Below, piece after piece: positions 50,401 to 59,652 of a stretch of 64,000 nucleotides of DNA. The notes under the pieces are model-generated. The model was not told where the DNA came from, did no database searches, and saw only the letters and a program-made list of their open reading frames with translations. Location: NCBI GenBank assembly GCA_003153435.1, contig PLYR01000050.1:29-64028 (forward strand), written 5' to 3'. This stretch comes from Bacteroidota bacterium. Lineage in GTDB: Bacteria > Bacteroidota > Bacteroidia > Palsa-965. The position numbers were made by a program, and so were the translations under genes. Position 1 is the first letter of the stretch. Each line of letters begins with the position of its first letter.

Positions 50401-50748
50401 TCCGCAATTTATCTTTACACTCGTAGGGGCTGTTGTAAGTGCCGGTGGCTCAGTGATGGTTGCGGTATAGGTTCCGGTACTTGATAACATATCATGTACA
50501 GTAAGTGTATAAATGCCGGGAGCCAGTCCTGTTGCTGTTAAAGTTCCCTGACCGCCACCTGGGGCCGGACTCCAGGTATAGGAAAATGGGGGAGTGCCGC
50601 CAGTAGCTGTGCCAGTTGCAGAACCATTGGCCATGCCATTACAGGTAACCATAGTGCTCGAACCGGAAACCGTTAGTTGCGCTTTCAGTGTCTGGAATCC
50701 AGAAGTTAATAGAAGGATAAGTCCAGACAGGAGTATGGATTTTTTCAT
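47422..50748 (-). CDS. T9SS-secreted adhesin-like protein with ~10 SprB-type repeats and a C-terminal sorting domain
   Basis: Signal peptide. Repeated ~90-aa modules carry CxGxxNGSAT...GGTxPYTYSWxP...GxYTCxVTDxNGC (the SprB repeat signature). The C-terminal ~90 aa (SPNPFRDQVKVTY...IQVYNMLGEEV...GVYMMKV) resembles a type IX secretion C-terminal domain. Confidence 0.8.
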   Translation of the reverse strand: MKKSILLSGLILLLTSGFQTLKAQLTVSGSSTMVTCNGMANGSATGTATGGTPPFSYTWSPAPGGGQGTLTATGLAPGIYTLTVHDMLSSTGTYTATITEPPALTTAPTSVKINCGGQSTGIAIANPSGGTTPYSYSWIQSTGYTDSLTNLAAGTYSCLVQDMNGCSTTPTVTVTENTPLSTSASTVSPNCFGGNNGSATVTAFGGSGSYTYSWNVIGCTSSTPTGLTAGNYTCFTTDSLGCSNMLNVTISDHNQLFNSGESPTHNVSCFGGSDGIAWTSPVGGTGPYTYSWTAPASGSSASCPNLPAGTYTCLITDSLGCTVAVNPAIQQPAAPITITMATMSSATCGQAYGSANATVNGGTTPYNYSWNPTGQTNAFLGSVGAGIYTVTVTDANGCILTDTAHVTNANAPIVTATSTNVSCYGGANGTATATPTGGITPYTYSWNNAATSVTANITGQIAANLTVFVTGSNGCVGSQAVTITQPDSLSGSITSTNPVCASGTGTAVLNASGGTKPWTFSWSPTGGTTPSASGLVSGTYTCNLVDANGCTLTQTTTIYTPSAIVITPSQTSNLCFGYVGASATVSVTGGVMSYSYSWSNGQTSSTASNLASGTYTCTVTDMGGCTASQNFTIVDPPNLNVVTTSHNISCNGLCDGIISVSATGGTGAYTYSWDNGATSVTLASMCKGIHQCTVFDGNGCQNWDTSGVIEPPPIAVNVSGSTSSCGGACDGSLSATVTGGTGAYTYSWTPAGPSGALTSQVCAGTYTCAINDANGCSTSGNYTVGSFPSPAITGTVIDSVSGNVSAGWTYLVSYDTVLHRQLVVDSAAISAGRYHFNSSTGGNFLVYAIADHATYPGAIKTYYANTDQWVNATVLNAGCATADTANIKLIDLTPTSGSGTMSGAVYQSQGFVARYAAGTVSPIVLAPGDPVPGLDVNLEQHPGGIIAQHTTAGDGTYTFSNLPHGTFEVFVDIPGLGMTSEYVRTITTNQSYPNLDYKVDSMHIRPDSSVITGMIPAPAVYSNSIHVSPNPFRDQVKVTYSLSEPSEILIQVYNMLGEEVSSSLLPRQEAGTYSYQLNTSDHDMGEGVYMMKVTMGRTSFTQRVVRVR

Positions 50749-50953
50749 GAATATCGTGTGTTTGTTATGAGACCAGTATGTGGCTACAAAGCTACGCTAA
50801 TTTCAAAATCATCGCGGAATCAGTGCAAGAATTTACCCACAATTTGTGATGGAAAGTGACCGGTTTATCTCTAAAATGGTAATAGATTGAAAACCGGGAG
50901 AGGAGCTAGTAAGAAAGTGTGTTGAAATTCAATAAAATTCCGACTTTTTTGAT

Positions 50954-51415
50954 TTATAACAATCGATTGCTGACCGCAACAATAATAAATCCTGCAGCAT
51001 ATAGGGTCAGGCAGAGATAATAGAAACTTCTCCTTTTAGGAATCGTCAGGAGTCCGAAAAAAGCAGCGGATACTCCTATCCCGAGTTGTATTACGACCGC
51101 ATTCAGCAGGAAGTGTACTCCAGGTATCAGCGTATTGATTCGCATATCTGCATCAGCCTTTGCTTTTTCATATGGGATACCCGTGTATTCAGAAGTTCCA
51201 TCACTCATGGCGATTACATTGTTGTATTCTTCCTGAGAAGAGAGTGCAGAAGAGGGGTAGAATGTAAAAATACAGTATGCCAAAAATGAGCCGATAACAA
51301 AGAAAGATATCTTACCCGGAAAGATCCCAAACTTTCGCTTTCTATGGCTCCTCCTGATATAATATAAGTTAACGGCAATCAAACAAATACCTACAATAAT
51401 ACTGGTCCACCCCAT
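50954..51415 (-). CDS. hypothetical membrane protein
   Basis: 153 aa with four predicted TM helices. Confidence 0.45.
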   Translation of the reverse strand: MGWTSIIVGICLIAVNLYYIRRSHRKRKFGIFPGKISFFVIGSFLAYCIFTFYPSSALSSQEEYNNVIAMSDGTSEYTGIPYEKAKADADMRINTLIPGVHFLLNAVVIQLGIGVSAAFFGLLTIPKRRSFYYLCLTLYAAGFIIVAVSNRLL

Positions 51416-51502
51416 GGTTCTGTTCTACCTTTTCGATTTTCTTTATTCCTGAAATAAAGACATAACCAAGTTCGTTAAAAAAAACAAATAGATAATATAT
51501 GA

Positions 51503-51805
51503 ATGTTAGGTGAGATTTTAAGGGAGCAAGATAAGATAATTATTCAACAGAACAGTTCCCTCTCTAACAAAGATTACCTTTGCTTCATGTTTGCTGATCC
51601 TGCGATTCTTTTAGACCTTGTAAAAATGCAGATGCCCTTTGGTAAATATAAAGGAGCCTTACTAGTAAACCTTCCCGTTTCTTATCTGGAATGGTTTCAA
51701 AGAAAAGGATTTCCTCCTGGAAAGTTGGGAATGCTCCTCATCACCCTTTTGGAGATAAAAATGAATGGGCTGGATCATCTGCTGGAACCCTTGAAGAAAA
51801 AATGA
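51503..51805 (+). CDS. DUF3820-family protein
   Basis: MPFGKYKG...L.DLP..YL.WF...GFP.GKLG.LL matches the DUF3820 signature. Confidence 0.55.
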   Translation: MLGEILREQDKIIIQQNSSLSNKDYLCFMFADPAILLDLVKMQMPFGKYKGALLVNLPVSYLEWFQRKGFPPGKLGMLLITLLEIKMNGLDHLLEPLKKK

Positions 51806-51808
51806 AAA

Positions 51809-52189
51809 ATGAAAGAATTTAAAAGTTATTTCAAGATTGGGGCCCCTCCGGAGGATGTATACCTTGCGTTGACAAACCCAATGACTATTCGTTTGTGGAC
51901 TGGGGAGGATGCTGTGATGAGTACTGTTCCCGGCTCCGAGTTCAGCCTCTTTGAGGAAAGCATCAGCGGCAAGAATATTGAATTCGTACAGGATAAAAAG
52001 ATTGTCCAGCAATGGTATTTTGGCGATGAAGGACCCGAATCGATTGTGACATTGATTTTACACCCTGATCACGCTGGAACCTCAGTGGAACTCCGACATA
52101 CAAATATTCCTGACGAAGCTTATAAGGATATTACGGAAGGATGGATCCATGCCTATTTCGGATCACTCGCAGATTTCTATCAGGAGTAG
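51809..52189 (+). CDS. SRPBCC-superfamily protein (AHSA1/Aha1-like)
   Basis: 126 aa. Opens with PPEDVYLALTNPMTIRLWTG, typical of the activator-of-Hsp90-ATPase-like SRPBCC domain. Confidence 0.6.
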   Translation: MKEFKSYFKIGAPPEDVYLALTNPMTIRLWTGEDAVMSTVPGSEFSLFEESISGKNIEFVQDKKIVQQWYFGDEGPESIVTLILHPDHAGTSVELRHTNIPDEAYKDITEGWIHAYFGSLADFYQE

Positions 52190-52238
52190 TGATTAAAGAT
52201 TTCATCAGCTCAGAAAAGGAGCTAAACCTCATTTCTAT

Positions 52239-53567
52239 ATGATTACGTTTGACGAATTAAATTTAAATAAGCCTTTGCTGAAGGCACTGGATGAAATTGG
52301 CTATATCTATCCTACACCAGTCCAGGAAAAAGTATTCCCGGTAATCATGTCGGGGAAAAATGTAACGGGTATTGCCCAAACCGGTACCGGAAAAACGATT
52401 GCTTACCTTCTGCCGATTTTGCGACAGCTCAAATATTCAGAGCAGATACAACCCAGGGTACTCATTCTGGTTCCTACCCGAGAGTTAGTCATACAAGTTG
52501 TTAAGGAGCTCAGTACGCTTACCACTTATATGAGTATTCGTTTTGGTGGTGTTTACGGAGGATCGAATATGAGCAGCCAGAAAGAACTTGTAGTCAGGGG
52601 TCTAGATGTGTTGGTAGCAACTCCTGGCCGTCTGATGGATCTGGCATTGAATGGAGTTTTAAGACTGAGTTCAGTGCAGCAACTGGTGATCGATGAAGTG
52701 GATGAAATGCTCAATTTGGGTTTTCGCTCTCAGCTTACAAACCTTATGGATAAACTCCCTAAGCGCAGACAAAATTTGCTGTTCTCAGCTACTTTGAGTG
52801 AAGACGTGGAGAAACTCATCCATGAATATGTGCTGGACCCACAGAAAATTGAAATCACTCCGCAGGGAACTCCACTTGAAAAAATAATCCAGCTTGTTTA
52901 TAAGGTTCAGAATTTTAATACCAAGATTGCACTTCTTGAGCACCTGTTGAATACCCAAGCGGAGATGAGCAAAGTCCTGGTGTTTGTGAAATCACGGAAA
53001 ATGGGAGATGAGCTCTACTCCAGGATCAGTGAAAAATTTCCGGAAAAGGTCGGTATCATTCACTCCAATAAATCACAGCCACAGCGTTTTAAAGCCATCC
53101 GGAAATTTGATGAAGGCAGTCACCGGGTCCTCATTGCCACAGATATCATCGCCCGTGGCCTGCATATGAGTGATATAACCCATGTCCTTAATTTCGACAT
53201 TCCGGATGTAGCTGGTGATTATATGCACCGTATCGGACGGACTGGAAGGTCTGATACCACAGGAACCGCTATTAGTTTTGTTAGCCCCTGGGAGGATCTA
53301 TTTCAGGAAGCTATTGAAGTTTTTATGAAGAAACGAATAACCGAACTGCCTTTTCCTCCTGAAGTGAAGGTATCCACAGTCTATACAGAAGAAGAAAAAC
53401 CATCGATGTCTGGAAAGGGTTCGGGAAGGTCTAAAGCTCTGAAAGAAACGCAAGGAGCCTTTCATGAGAAAAAAGACAAAAACAAAAAGGTAAACCTGGG
53501 TGGACCAGGGAAGCGATACGCTAAAACAGGAAGCGTAAGAAGTGCTAAGAAAAAGAAAAGATACTAG
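52239..53567 (+). CDS. rhlE: DEAD-box ATP-dependent RNA helicase (RhlE-like)
   Basis: Q-motif, AQTGTGKT, DEVD, SAT and HRIGRTGR motifs, plus a basic C-terminal tail. Confidence 0.9.
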   Translation: MITFDELNLNKPLLKALDEIGYIYPTPVQEKVFPVIMSGKNVTGIAQTGTGKTIAYLLPILRQLKYSEQIQPRVLILVPTRELVIQVVKELSTLTTYMSIRFGGVYGGSNMSSQKELVVRGLDVLVATPGRLMDLALNGVLRLSSVQQLVIDEVDEMLNLGFRSQLTNLMDKLPKRRQNLLFSATLSEDVEKLIHEYVLDPQKIEITPQGTPLEKIIQLVYKVQNFNTKIALLEHLLNTQAEMSKVLVFVKSRKMGDELYSRISEKFPEKVGIIHSNKSQPQRFKAIRKFDEGSHRVLIATDIIARGLHMSDITHVLNFDIPDVAGDYMHRIGRTGRSDTTGTAISFVSPWEDLFQEAIEVFMKKRITELPFPPEVKVSTVYTEEEKPSMSGKGSGRSKALKETQGAFHEKKDKNKKVNLGGPGKRYAKTGSVRSAKKKKRY

Positions 53568-53625
53568 GATAATGAATCCCGATCTGAGCAGCTGGTCGTC
53601 CTAATTATCTGATCGTTCCTCCATT

Positions 53626-54783
53626 TCAAGGGGCTGTGTAAAATGCCGAACTGAGGAACGCCTTGTTATTTTCATTGGCCATCATCTCAAAATCGGGCTG
53701 ACCCATGGTTTGCAGGCAATCGGAGAAAAGGTGGCTTTCATCTACTCCGGGTTCACGAAGAGTCATAAAGAAATCGGTGCCAAAGAGGATACGTTTGCGA
53801 AGGGAAGGGTCCTGAAAATCGGATTTGATCTGTTTCCTGATTCCAGCATCATAAAGGGAATAAGAAATATCGGTGTAGAAATTTGGATAGAGGGGGATCA
53901 GGCTTCTGACCTGTTCATACCAGGTATTGGAAGGGCCATTCTTCAGAAAAGCAAAAATCTCTTCATCTCCACCGTAATGGGCAAGGCACATCTTTAGCTT
54001 TGGAAATTTCTCCATCACATCCACATAATTTTCAGGCTTGATGAAATTGTTCTTGAAATCCTTTGTGGCAGCTGGAGGGAAAGTATAGCTGCGTAGGGGC
54101 TGGGATTTGTCTACCTTGCTAGCTACCTGAGGATTAAAGCTGGTGGAATTCAATACGTCTGCAGGCAAGGTATCGGGATCATAAAAAATACCGCCTTTGG
54201 AACAATGGGAGATGATAGGGATTTGATTCTGTTCCGAAAATTCGTAGACTTTATACAGGCGTGAGTCATAAGGATAATAACCCAGGGATGGATAAAGTTT
54301 TATTCCGATACATCCCTTTCCAGGACCCAGGTAGCGTTGAACAAAGGCCAGATTCTGATCGGCAGTCCCCATTCTGGGATCTATAAAAACGAAAGGAAGG
54401 CATTTGTTGGGATATCTTTTTCTTACTTCCAGCAGGTCATCCAATTGCTGTTCGTAGGGAATGTTCACTTCTCCGGCTTCCATGTATTTAAAATTTAGCG
54501 GAAGACTGACTATACGTGTATCTGAAGGAAAGGCTGTGATTTGATCTTCAAAGACCATATCCTGTGTTTTCATGATACCTACTTTAAGGAAAGGGACAAA
54601 TTCCTTGTATTTGGTTGTTCCAACAATGGCTATTGCAAGCTTGTTGATACCAAGAAAAGAGGTGTTCAGCAGCTTTCCAAGCAATAAGGCTTTTGTCTTC
54701 CCGCTCATATACTCCTTCAGAAATTGATTCGGGAGGTAACGACCGTTGAACGTATGAGCATGGCAATTATAGATGTTCTTCAT
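53626..54783 (-). CDS. amidohydrolase-2-family metal-dependent hydrolase (TIM barrel)
   Basis: N-terminal CHAHTF (HxH), internal ISHC, LAHYGG and FGTDF metal-ligand pattern. Confidence 0.65.
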   Translation of the reverse strand: MKNIYNCHAHTFNGRYLPNQFLKEYMSGKTKALLLGKLLNTSFLGINKLAIAIVGTTKYKEFVPFLKVGIMKTQDMVFEDQITAFPSDTRIVSLPLNFKYMEAGEVNIPYEQQLDDLLEVRKRYPNKCLPFVFIDPRMGTADQNLAFVQRYLGPGKGCIGIKLYPSLGYYPYDSRLYKVYEFSEQNQIPIISHCSKGGIFYDPDTLPADVLNSTSFNPQVASKVDKSQPLRSYTFPPAATKDFKNNFIKPENYVDVMEKFPKLKMCLAHYGGDEEIFAFLKNGPSNTWYEQVRSLIPLYPNFYTDISYSLYDAGIRKQIKSDFQDPSLRKRILFGTDFFMTLREPGVDESHLFSDCLQTMGQPDFEMMANENNKAFLSSAFYTAP

Positions 54784-55808
54784 GATCCGGCTGTGTTGGA
54801 AATGGTTTCTGTGACAGGTTTTTTTCCGGCTTTGCGAAGATCCACAAGCTTGCCCAGCAGATCAAACCAGAAGGGGGCCCCGAAGGATAAGATGCCGGCA
54901 GTAATCAGCCAGCCGATCAGTTTAGAAAGCAAGCCCAGGAAGACAATCCAGATGGTGTTTCCAAGTCCATTTTTTTCATAACAAATGTTCAGAGCTTCTT
55001 GATAAGTTGCAGGATAACTCCAGCCTATGGGAAGATCGTAGAGTTTCAAATCACTGTAAGCCTGATCAATAGTTTTAACGATTCCAGTCAGACTGTCTTT
55101 TGACATCCTTACACCTTGATGGCTCTGAACAAAAGTGGTGGCAGCAGTCTCCAGTTGGGATCTCAATGTTTGGTTATGGTAAAGCTCTCTGGTTAGCTTG
55201 ATCGAATCTACATTGATAACAATGGCCATTACAAGCCCGATGAGGAAGAGGCACCATTGCATTCTGTTCTTGTACCACCCACTGACCCGGTCCATATAAT
55301 CATTATACCATTTCTCCAGGTTCGATTTCAGTTCGGTATAAGACCCGGAACGTTCAATGAGGGTTCGGAAAAAAATTTTCAGATCACTGTATGCCATCAG
55401 ATCTGTTCCCGCGCTAAAGCGTTTCAGCAAGTCCGGTTCCTTTGGTATGTCATCTACCGTAATTGTCAAGGTAACTGGATCCTGCTTGAACAGCACGTTT
55501 AATTTCTCTGATTCATTACCTATTACATCAATTAATCCGGCTGAAAAGGATTCGGAAGTGATATAAAAAGGGAGGGAGTGCTGTGTCTTTTTAAGTTGGT
55601 CTATCAGAGGGTGATCATAGAGAAGTTCCGTGTAGTTTTTATTCAGTTTGCTATCGTCCAGTACTTCTTTTAGTGCATTCTTCAGAAAGAACCCCCGGGT
55701 TTGGAAAATAAACATAATCACTTCATTAATCCCGGAAGCTACAATACTCAACAGAAGCATGATGAGGACCAGAGATATCAATAATTGGACGATGGATGTG
55801 AACATCAT
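54780..55808 (-). CDS. hypothetical membrane protein co-transcribed with the amidohydrolase
   Basis: 342 aa with three TM segments (N-terminal, middle, C-terminal). ATGA overlap with the downstream amidohydrolase gene. Confidence 0.5.
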   Translation of the reverse strand: MMFTSIVQLLISLVLIMLLLSIVASGINEVIMFIFQTRGFFLKNALKEVLDDSKLNKNYTELLYDHPLIDQLKKTQHSLPFYITSESFSAGLIDVIGNESEKLNVLFKQDPVTLTITVDDIPKEPDLLKRFSAGTDLMAYSDLKIFFRTLIERSGSYTELKSNLEKWYNDYMDRVSGWYKNRMQWCLFLIGLVMAIVINVDSIKLTRELYHNQTLRSQLETAATTFVQSHQGVRMSKDSLTGIVKTIDQAYSDLKLYDLPIGWSYPATYQEALNICYEKNGLGNTIWIVFLGLLSKLIGWLITAGILSFGAPFWFDLLGKLVDLRKAGKKPVTETISNTAGS

Positions 55809-55877
55809 ATTCGGTTTTGGTTATTTGGAGATGGGTATCGAGATCATCTGGATTGCCTAACCGGCAACCATAGGATT

Positions 55878-56447
55878 TCAACCCATTTTCTGCCAGTCAT
55901 AGCAGACAATATCTCTTTCCACACTTCCCGTATCTGAGAACCTCATCATGGAGAAGGAAGGAGGAAATTCATGAAAATCCCCTTTCCACCAGGACCCACT
56001 TACAGCTCCGTTACAATAATAATCAATTCCCAGGTAATTTATATGGTCTATCATATGAATATGACCACTCAGACAGGTTTTGATATTCGGGTATTTATGG
56101 AACAAGGAGGTCAGTTCCTTTGCATCGGCATGAAGAGTATTGTTTGGAATACTCCAATGCTCACTGTCTCTGCTGCTGTGGTCGAACAGAGTGCAGATTG
56201 CCAAGATTGGGATATGGGTGACTATACAAATAAAGAATGTGCTTGGAGTGGAGGTGAACCCATCTTCAGCTGCTTTTCCACTTTGGATGTGAATGTCTGT
56301 CATGTGGGCCACATAGAGCGCACCGTCATTGGTATCAGGAGGGAATTTAGGAGCGGAGGTGAAAGAGGAGGAAAGTTGTGGGACAAGCAACGCTGCCCCT
56401 GAGAACCCCAGATATTTCAGAAACTTTTGCCTGCTGATTGTTTCCAT
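55878..56447 (-). CDS. calcineurin-like metallophosphoesterase, apparently short or truncated, with a Tat-like signal
   Basis: N-terminal SRQKFLKYLGFSGAALLV is Tat/Sec-like. Motif I DIHI and C-terminal GHIHMIDH are present. The central GD and GNH[DE] motifs are not recognisable in only 189 aa. Confidence 0.45.
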   Translation of the reverse strand: METISRQKFLKYLGFSGAALLVPQLSSSFTSAPKFPPDTNDGALYVAHMTDIHIQSGKAAEDGFTSTPSTFFICIVTHIPILAICTLFDHSSRDSEHWSIPNNTLHADAKELTSLFHKYPNIKTCLSGHIHMIDHINYLGIDYYCNGAVSGSWWKGDFHEFPPSFSMMRFSDTGSVERDIVCYDWQKMG

Positions 56448-56628
56448 TCCGGTTTCAAAGTTATCCGGCCATCATCATTCAAAACTTAACACAATGTTAA
56501 GTGTAGAACAAATTTGCCTCACTTCTGTTTGTGGTATGTTTTTATTATATCATATACGAAATTAGGTATATGAAATGACTAAATAACATAATCAGTTCAG
56601 AAATAATACAGAAACAGGAAACGGATGT

Positions 56629-58503
56629 TTAGCCAATCAGCTCAACGCTTCGTTTGATGAAGGTTGAGAGGCTTTCGCCTTTTAATAATCCCTGACTTAA
56701 CATGGCCAGATCTGATGCCTGACGCAAGAGTTGTTTTTTTCTGGAAGAGTCTTTTTCCTCCACAATCTTTGCAATTAAGGGGTGGTTTGTATTTACCACC
56801 AGGTTATGCATATCAGGAAGTGTTCCGTAGAAGTTATTACCTCCACCCATAGCACTCATGTCCTTCATCCGGCGCATGAATTCGGGGCGGGTAATCACAA
56901 TAGGCTGGTCGGTTTCACTCAGGGCTTCAAATTCAACTTTGAACTTTTCCTTTGGCATAATTTCTTCTACTAAGCCCTGAAGGCTTTTTTGCTCTTCCTC
57001 GCTCAGTTTGGACGGCATCCCATCATCCTTCTTGATTAAACGCTCTGCGCTATCGGAGTCAACTCTGACGAAAGTGCTGTCTTTGAGCTTGGATTCCAGA
57101 AAATTCACATAGTGAACGTCTATTGGGCTGTCCATCACCAAAACATCGTAACCTCTGGCTTTAGCTGCTTCTACATAAGAGTGCTGGTCGGTGGGGTGAT
57201 TGGTATAAAGGTATACCAGCTTTTTATCCTTATCCGTCTGGAGGGGTTTGATGTGGTTTTCGTATTCATCGAAGGTAAAACACTTACCCTCTGTGTTCTT
57301 AAATAGAGCAAAATTCTTTGCTTTTTCGAAAAATTTTTCCTCACTAAGCATACCATACTGAACAAATACACGGATATCTTCCCATTTCTGTTCGAAATCT
57401 GTACGATCTTTTTTGTAGAGTTCTTCGAGTTTATCAGCCACCTTCTTGGTAATATGAGCGCTGATCTTTTTAACGTTCGAGTCGCTTTGCAGATAGGAAC
57501 GGGAAACATTTAATGGGATATCTGGGGAATCGATAACACCCTGAAGCAGGGAGAGGAAATCAGGGACTATCTCGCCGACTGTATTCGTAACGAAAACCTG
57601 GTTGCAGTAAAGCTGAATCCGGTCTTTCTGAATCTCAAAATTGTTTTTTAAACGTGGAAAGTAAAGCACCCCAGTAAGATTGAACGGGTAATCTACATTC
57701 AGATGGATCCAGAACAAGGGATCTTCAAAAGTTGCAGGATATAGCTCATGGTAGAAGGATTTATAATCTTCATCCTTTAGCTCGGCAGGCTTGCGTGTCC
57801 AGGCCGGGCGTGGGTTATTGATGATGTTATCGGTAATAACCTTTGTTTCCTTACCAGCCTCATCCTTTTCCGTATTCTCCTGTTCCCCGAATTTGATTTC
57901 AATTGGAAGAAATTTACAGTATTTATTGAGGATATGTGTGATTCGTTCGTTTTCCAGGAATTCAAGGGAGTCTTCCGCGATGTGCAGAACAATATCTGTT
58001 CCCCGATCCTTCTTGTCGCTGGGGGAAATGGTATAATCCGGACTTCCATCGCATTCCCATCTCACCGCTTCTGATCCATCTCTGAAGCTGCGGGTAATTA
58101 CTTCCACCTTGGCCGAAACCATGAAAGCAGAGAAAAAACCCAATCCGAAATGCCCTATAATATTATTCACGGCATCGGTCTTGTCCTTGTATTGCTTTAC
58201 AAACTCTTCAGCCCCGGAAAATGCCACCTGGGTGATATATTTTTCAACTTCATCGGAGGTCATGCCAATACCATGATCGCTGATGGTCAGGGTCTTTTTC
58301 TCTTTATCCAGCTTTACTTCAATCTTCAGATCTCCCAATTCCCCTTTAAATTCTCCAAGTGAAGAGAGTACTTTGATTTTTTGGGTTGCATCTACTGCAT
58401 TGGAAACCAACTCACGCAGGAATATTTCATGATCAGAATAAAGAAATTTCTTGATTATCGGGAAGATGTTCTCAGTTTGGACATTAATTTTACCGGTGGC
58501 CAT
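56629..58503 (-). CDS. htpG: molecular chaperone HtpG (Hsp90)
   Basis: N-terminal GHKL ATPase with ENIFPIIKKFLYSDHEIFLRELVSNAVDA; full-length middle and C-terminal domains. Start set at the MATGK Met, 13 codons into the ORF-track call. Confidence 0.9.
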   Translation of the reverse strand: MATGKINVQTENIFPIIKKFLYSDHEIFLRELVSNAVDATQKIKVLSSLGEFKGELGDLKIEVKLDKEKKTLTISDHGIGMTSDEVEKYITQVAFSGAEEFVKQYKDKTDAVNNIIGHFGLGFFSAFMVSAKVEVITRSFRDGSEAVRWECDGSPDYTISPSDKKDRGTDIVLHIAEDSLEFLENERITHILNKYCKFLPIEIKFGEQENTEKDEAGKETKVITDNIINNPRPAWTRKPAELKDEDYKSFYHELYPATFEDPLFWIHLNVDYPFNLTGVLYFPRLKNNFEIQKDRIQLYCNQVFVTNTVGEIVPDFLSLLQGVIDSPDIPLNVSRSYLQSDSNVKKISAHITKKVADKLEELYKKDRTDFEQKWEDIRVFVQYGMLSEEKFFEKAKNFALFKNTEGKCFTFDEYENHIKPLQTDKDKKLVYLYTNHPTDQHSYVEAAKARGYDVLVMDSPIDVHYVNFLESKLKDSTFVRVDSDSAERLIKKDDGMPSKLSEEEQKSLQGLVEEIMPKEKFKVEFEALSETDQPIVITRPEFMRRMKDMSAMGGGNNFYGTLPDMHNLVVNTNHPLIAKIVEEKDSSRKKQLLRQASDLAMLSQGLLKGESLSTFIKRSVELIG

Positions 58504-58606
58504 AGGGTCTGTATTTAATTGGTTAATACGAAGTTCCGGCAATAGTCAAAGCATGTGCCAGTTGAATCATTGTGACAAAGTGGCAGATTGAGTCCAGGAG
58601 GAAGCT

Positions 58607-59413
58607 CTACCCTTTAAATTTCCAATACAAAGCACACAGATCCATGGTTATAGCAACGCTATAATGAATCAGTACTCCTAACCAGATAGAGCGGCTCTTA
58701 AGGCTCAGCACACCCAGAACAATTCCGGCAATAATGGCTGCGAGGGTCTCCGGGAGTGGTTTCCCGAAATGGATCATGCAGTAGGGAATGGTCATGATAA
58801 AAACTGAATAAAACCCAAAACGGTTTTTAAGGCCATGGAGTACAAATCCCCGGAAGAAGAATTCTAGGGCAAAAAACTGAAGAAAATAGAGAAGCTCCCA
58901 GATCATGAAATCGGGAAATGGCTTTTCCCCGGGCTTGAGGTCGTAAAAGGGGTAGCGCGACTGGAAGCTTTTGGTAGTAGCGAAATAAAGCACCAATGGA
59001 ATCATGACGCAGAGCATAACGAAATAGAGCCGGATATCTTTAAAAGCCCCTTTAAATCGCAGCCCGTAATCGCTCAGGTTTTGTTTAAATCCGAATCTGA
59101 TGATCAGCATTGGGATCACCGCATATATTTTAATGATCAGAATAGCCCACCAGCCGAGTCGCCAGAGCTGTGAAGCAGCCATCAATGATTCGAAGCGGGA
59201 AGCAAACCCTGTTGCATGGATGCTTTTTAAGAAATCGACTGTGAAAGACACATCCATGAAATAATGGATCAGAGTCAGGCCAAAGCCGATATAGATACAG
59301 ATGAAAATAATTCTCCCGTTTATAATGCCTTCATTAGCTTGGGAATGAGAAAAAGATTCGGCTTCCGCCTGAAGAAAGGTGTTTACGAAAATTCCGCGAA
59401 TGTATTGGAGCAC
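58607..59413 (-). CDS. CPBP-family (CAAX) intramembrane metalloprotease
   Basis: Multi-TM protein with the EExxxR motif (ALEFFFRGFVLHGL) and downstream His-containing helices. Confidence 0.75.
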   Translation of the reverse strand: MLQYIRGIFVNTFLQAEAESFSHSQANEGIINGRIIFICIYIGFGLTLIHYFMDVSFTVDFLKSIHATGFASRFESLMAASQLWRLGWWAILIIKIYAVIPMLIIRFGFKQNLSDYGLRFKGAFKDIRLYFVMLCVMIPLVLYFATTKSFQSRYPFYDLKPGEKPFPDFMIWELLYFLQFFALEFFFRGFVLHGLKNRFGFYSVFIMTIPYCMIHFGKPLPETLAAIIAGIVLGVLSLKSRSIWLGVLIHYSVAITMDLCALYWKFKG

Positions 59414-59652
59414 GGGCGAAGATAGGAAGAAATCAAAAGTAATCTGAGTCGATTTATTAATTCAAGACGAGTTTGTTTGTTTTCCTGACAAAATAGAAGG
59501 TTTGTTCGCATCGGTAAATTTCAAATTCATTGTCTCTGTATTCAAATACATATAATATATAGTATATTCCATAAATGAATTAGCAACTCACTTTTTTATT
59601 TTTGTAAACTTGCAAAGTATTCTTCAGAGAAAAACACAGAAACTGATATTGC

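Noticed and set aside
47422-50748. Possible CRISPR-like periodicity from repeated DNA inside the adhesin gene
   Set aside because: The repeats are about 270-bp protein-coding SprB modules within one long ORF, not short direct repeats with unique spacers. No cas genes are present.
55971-56402. 143-aa plus-strand ORF overlapping the metallophosphoesterase-like gene
   Set aside because: Antisense to an ORF carrying recognisable MPE motifs and a Tat-like signal; no motifs of its own. Considered as a possible frameshift partner, but it is on the wrong strand.
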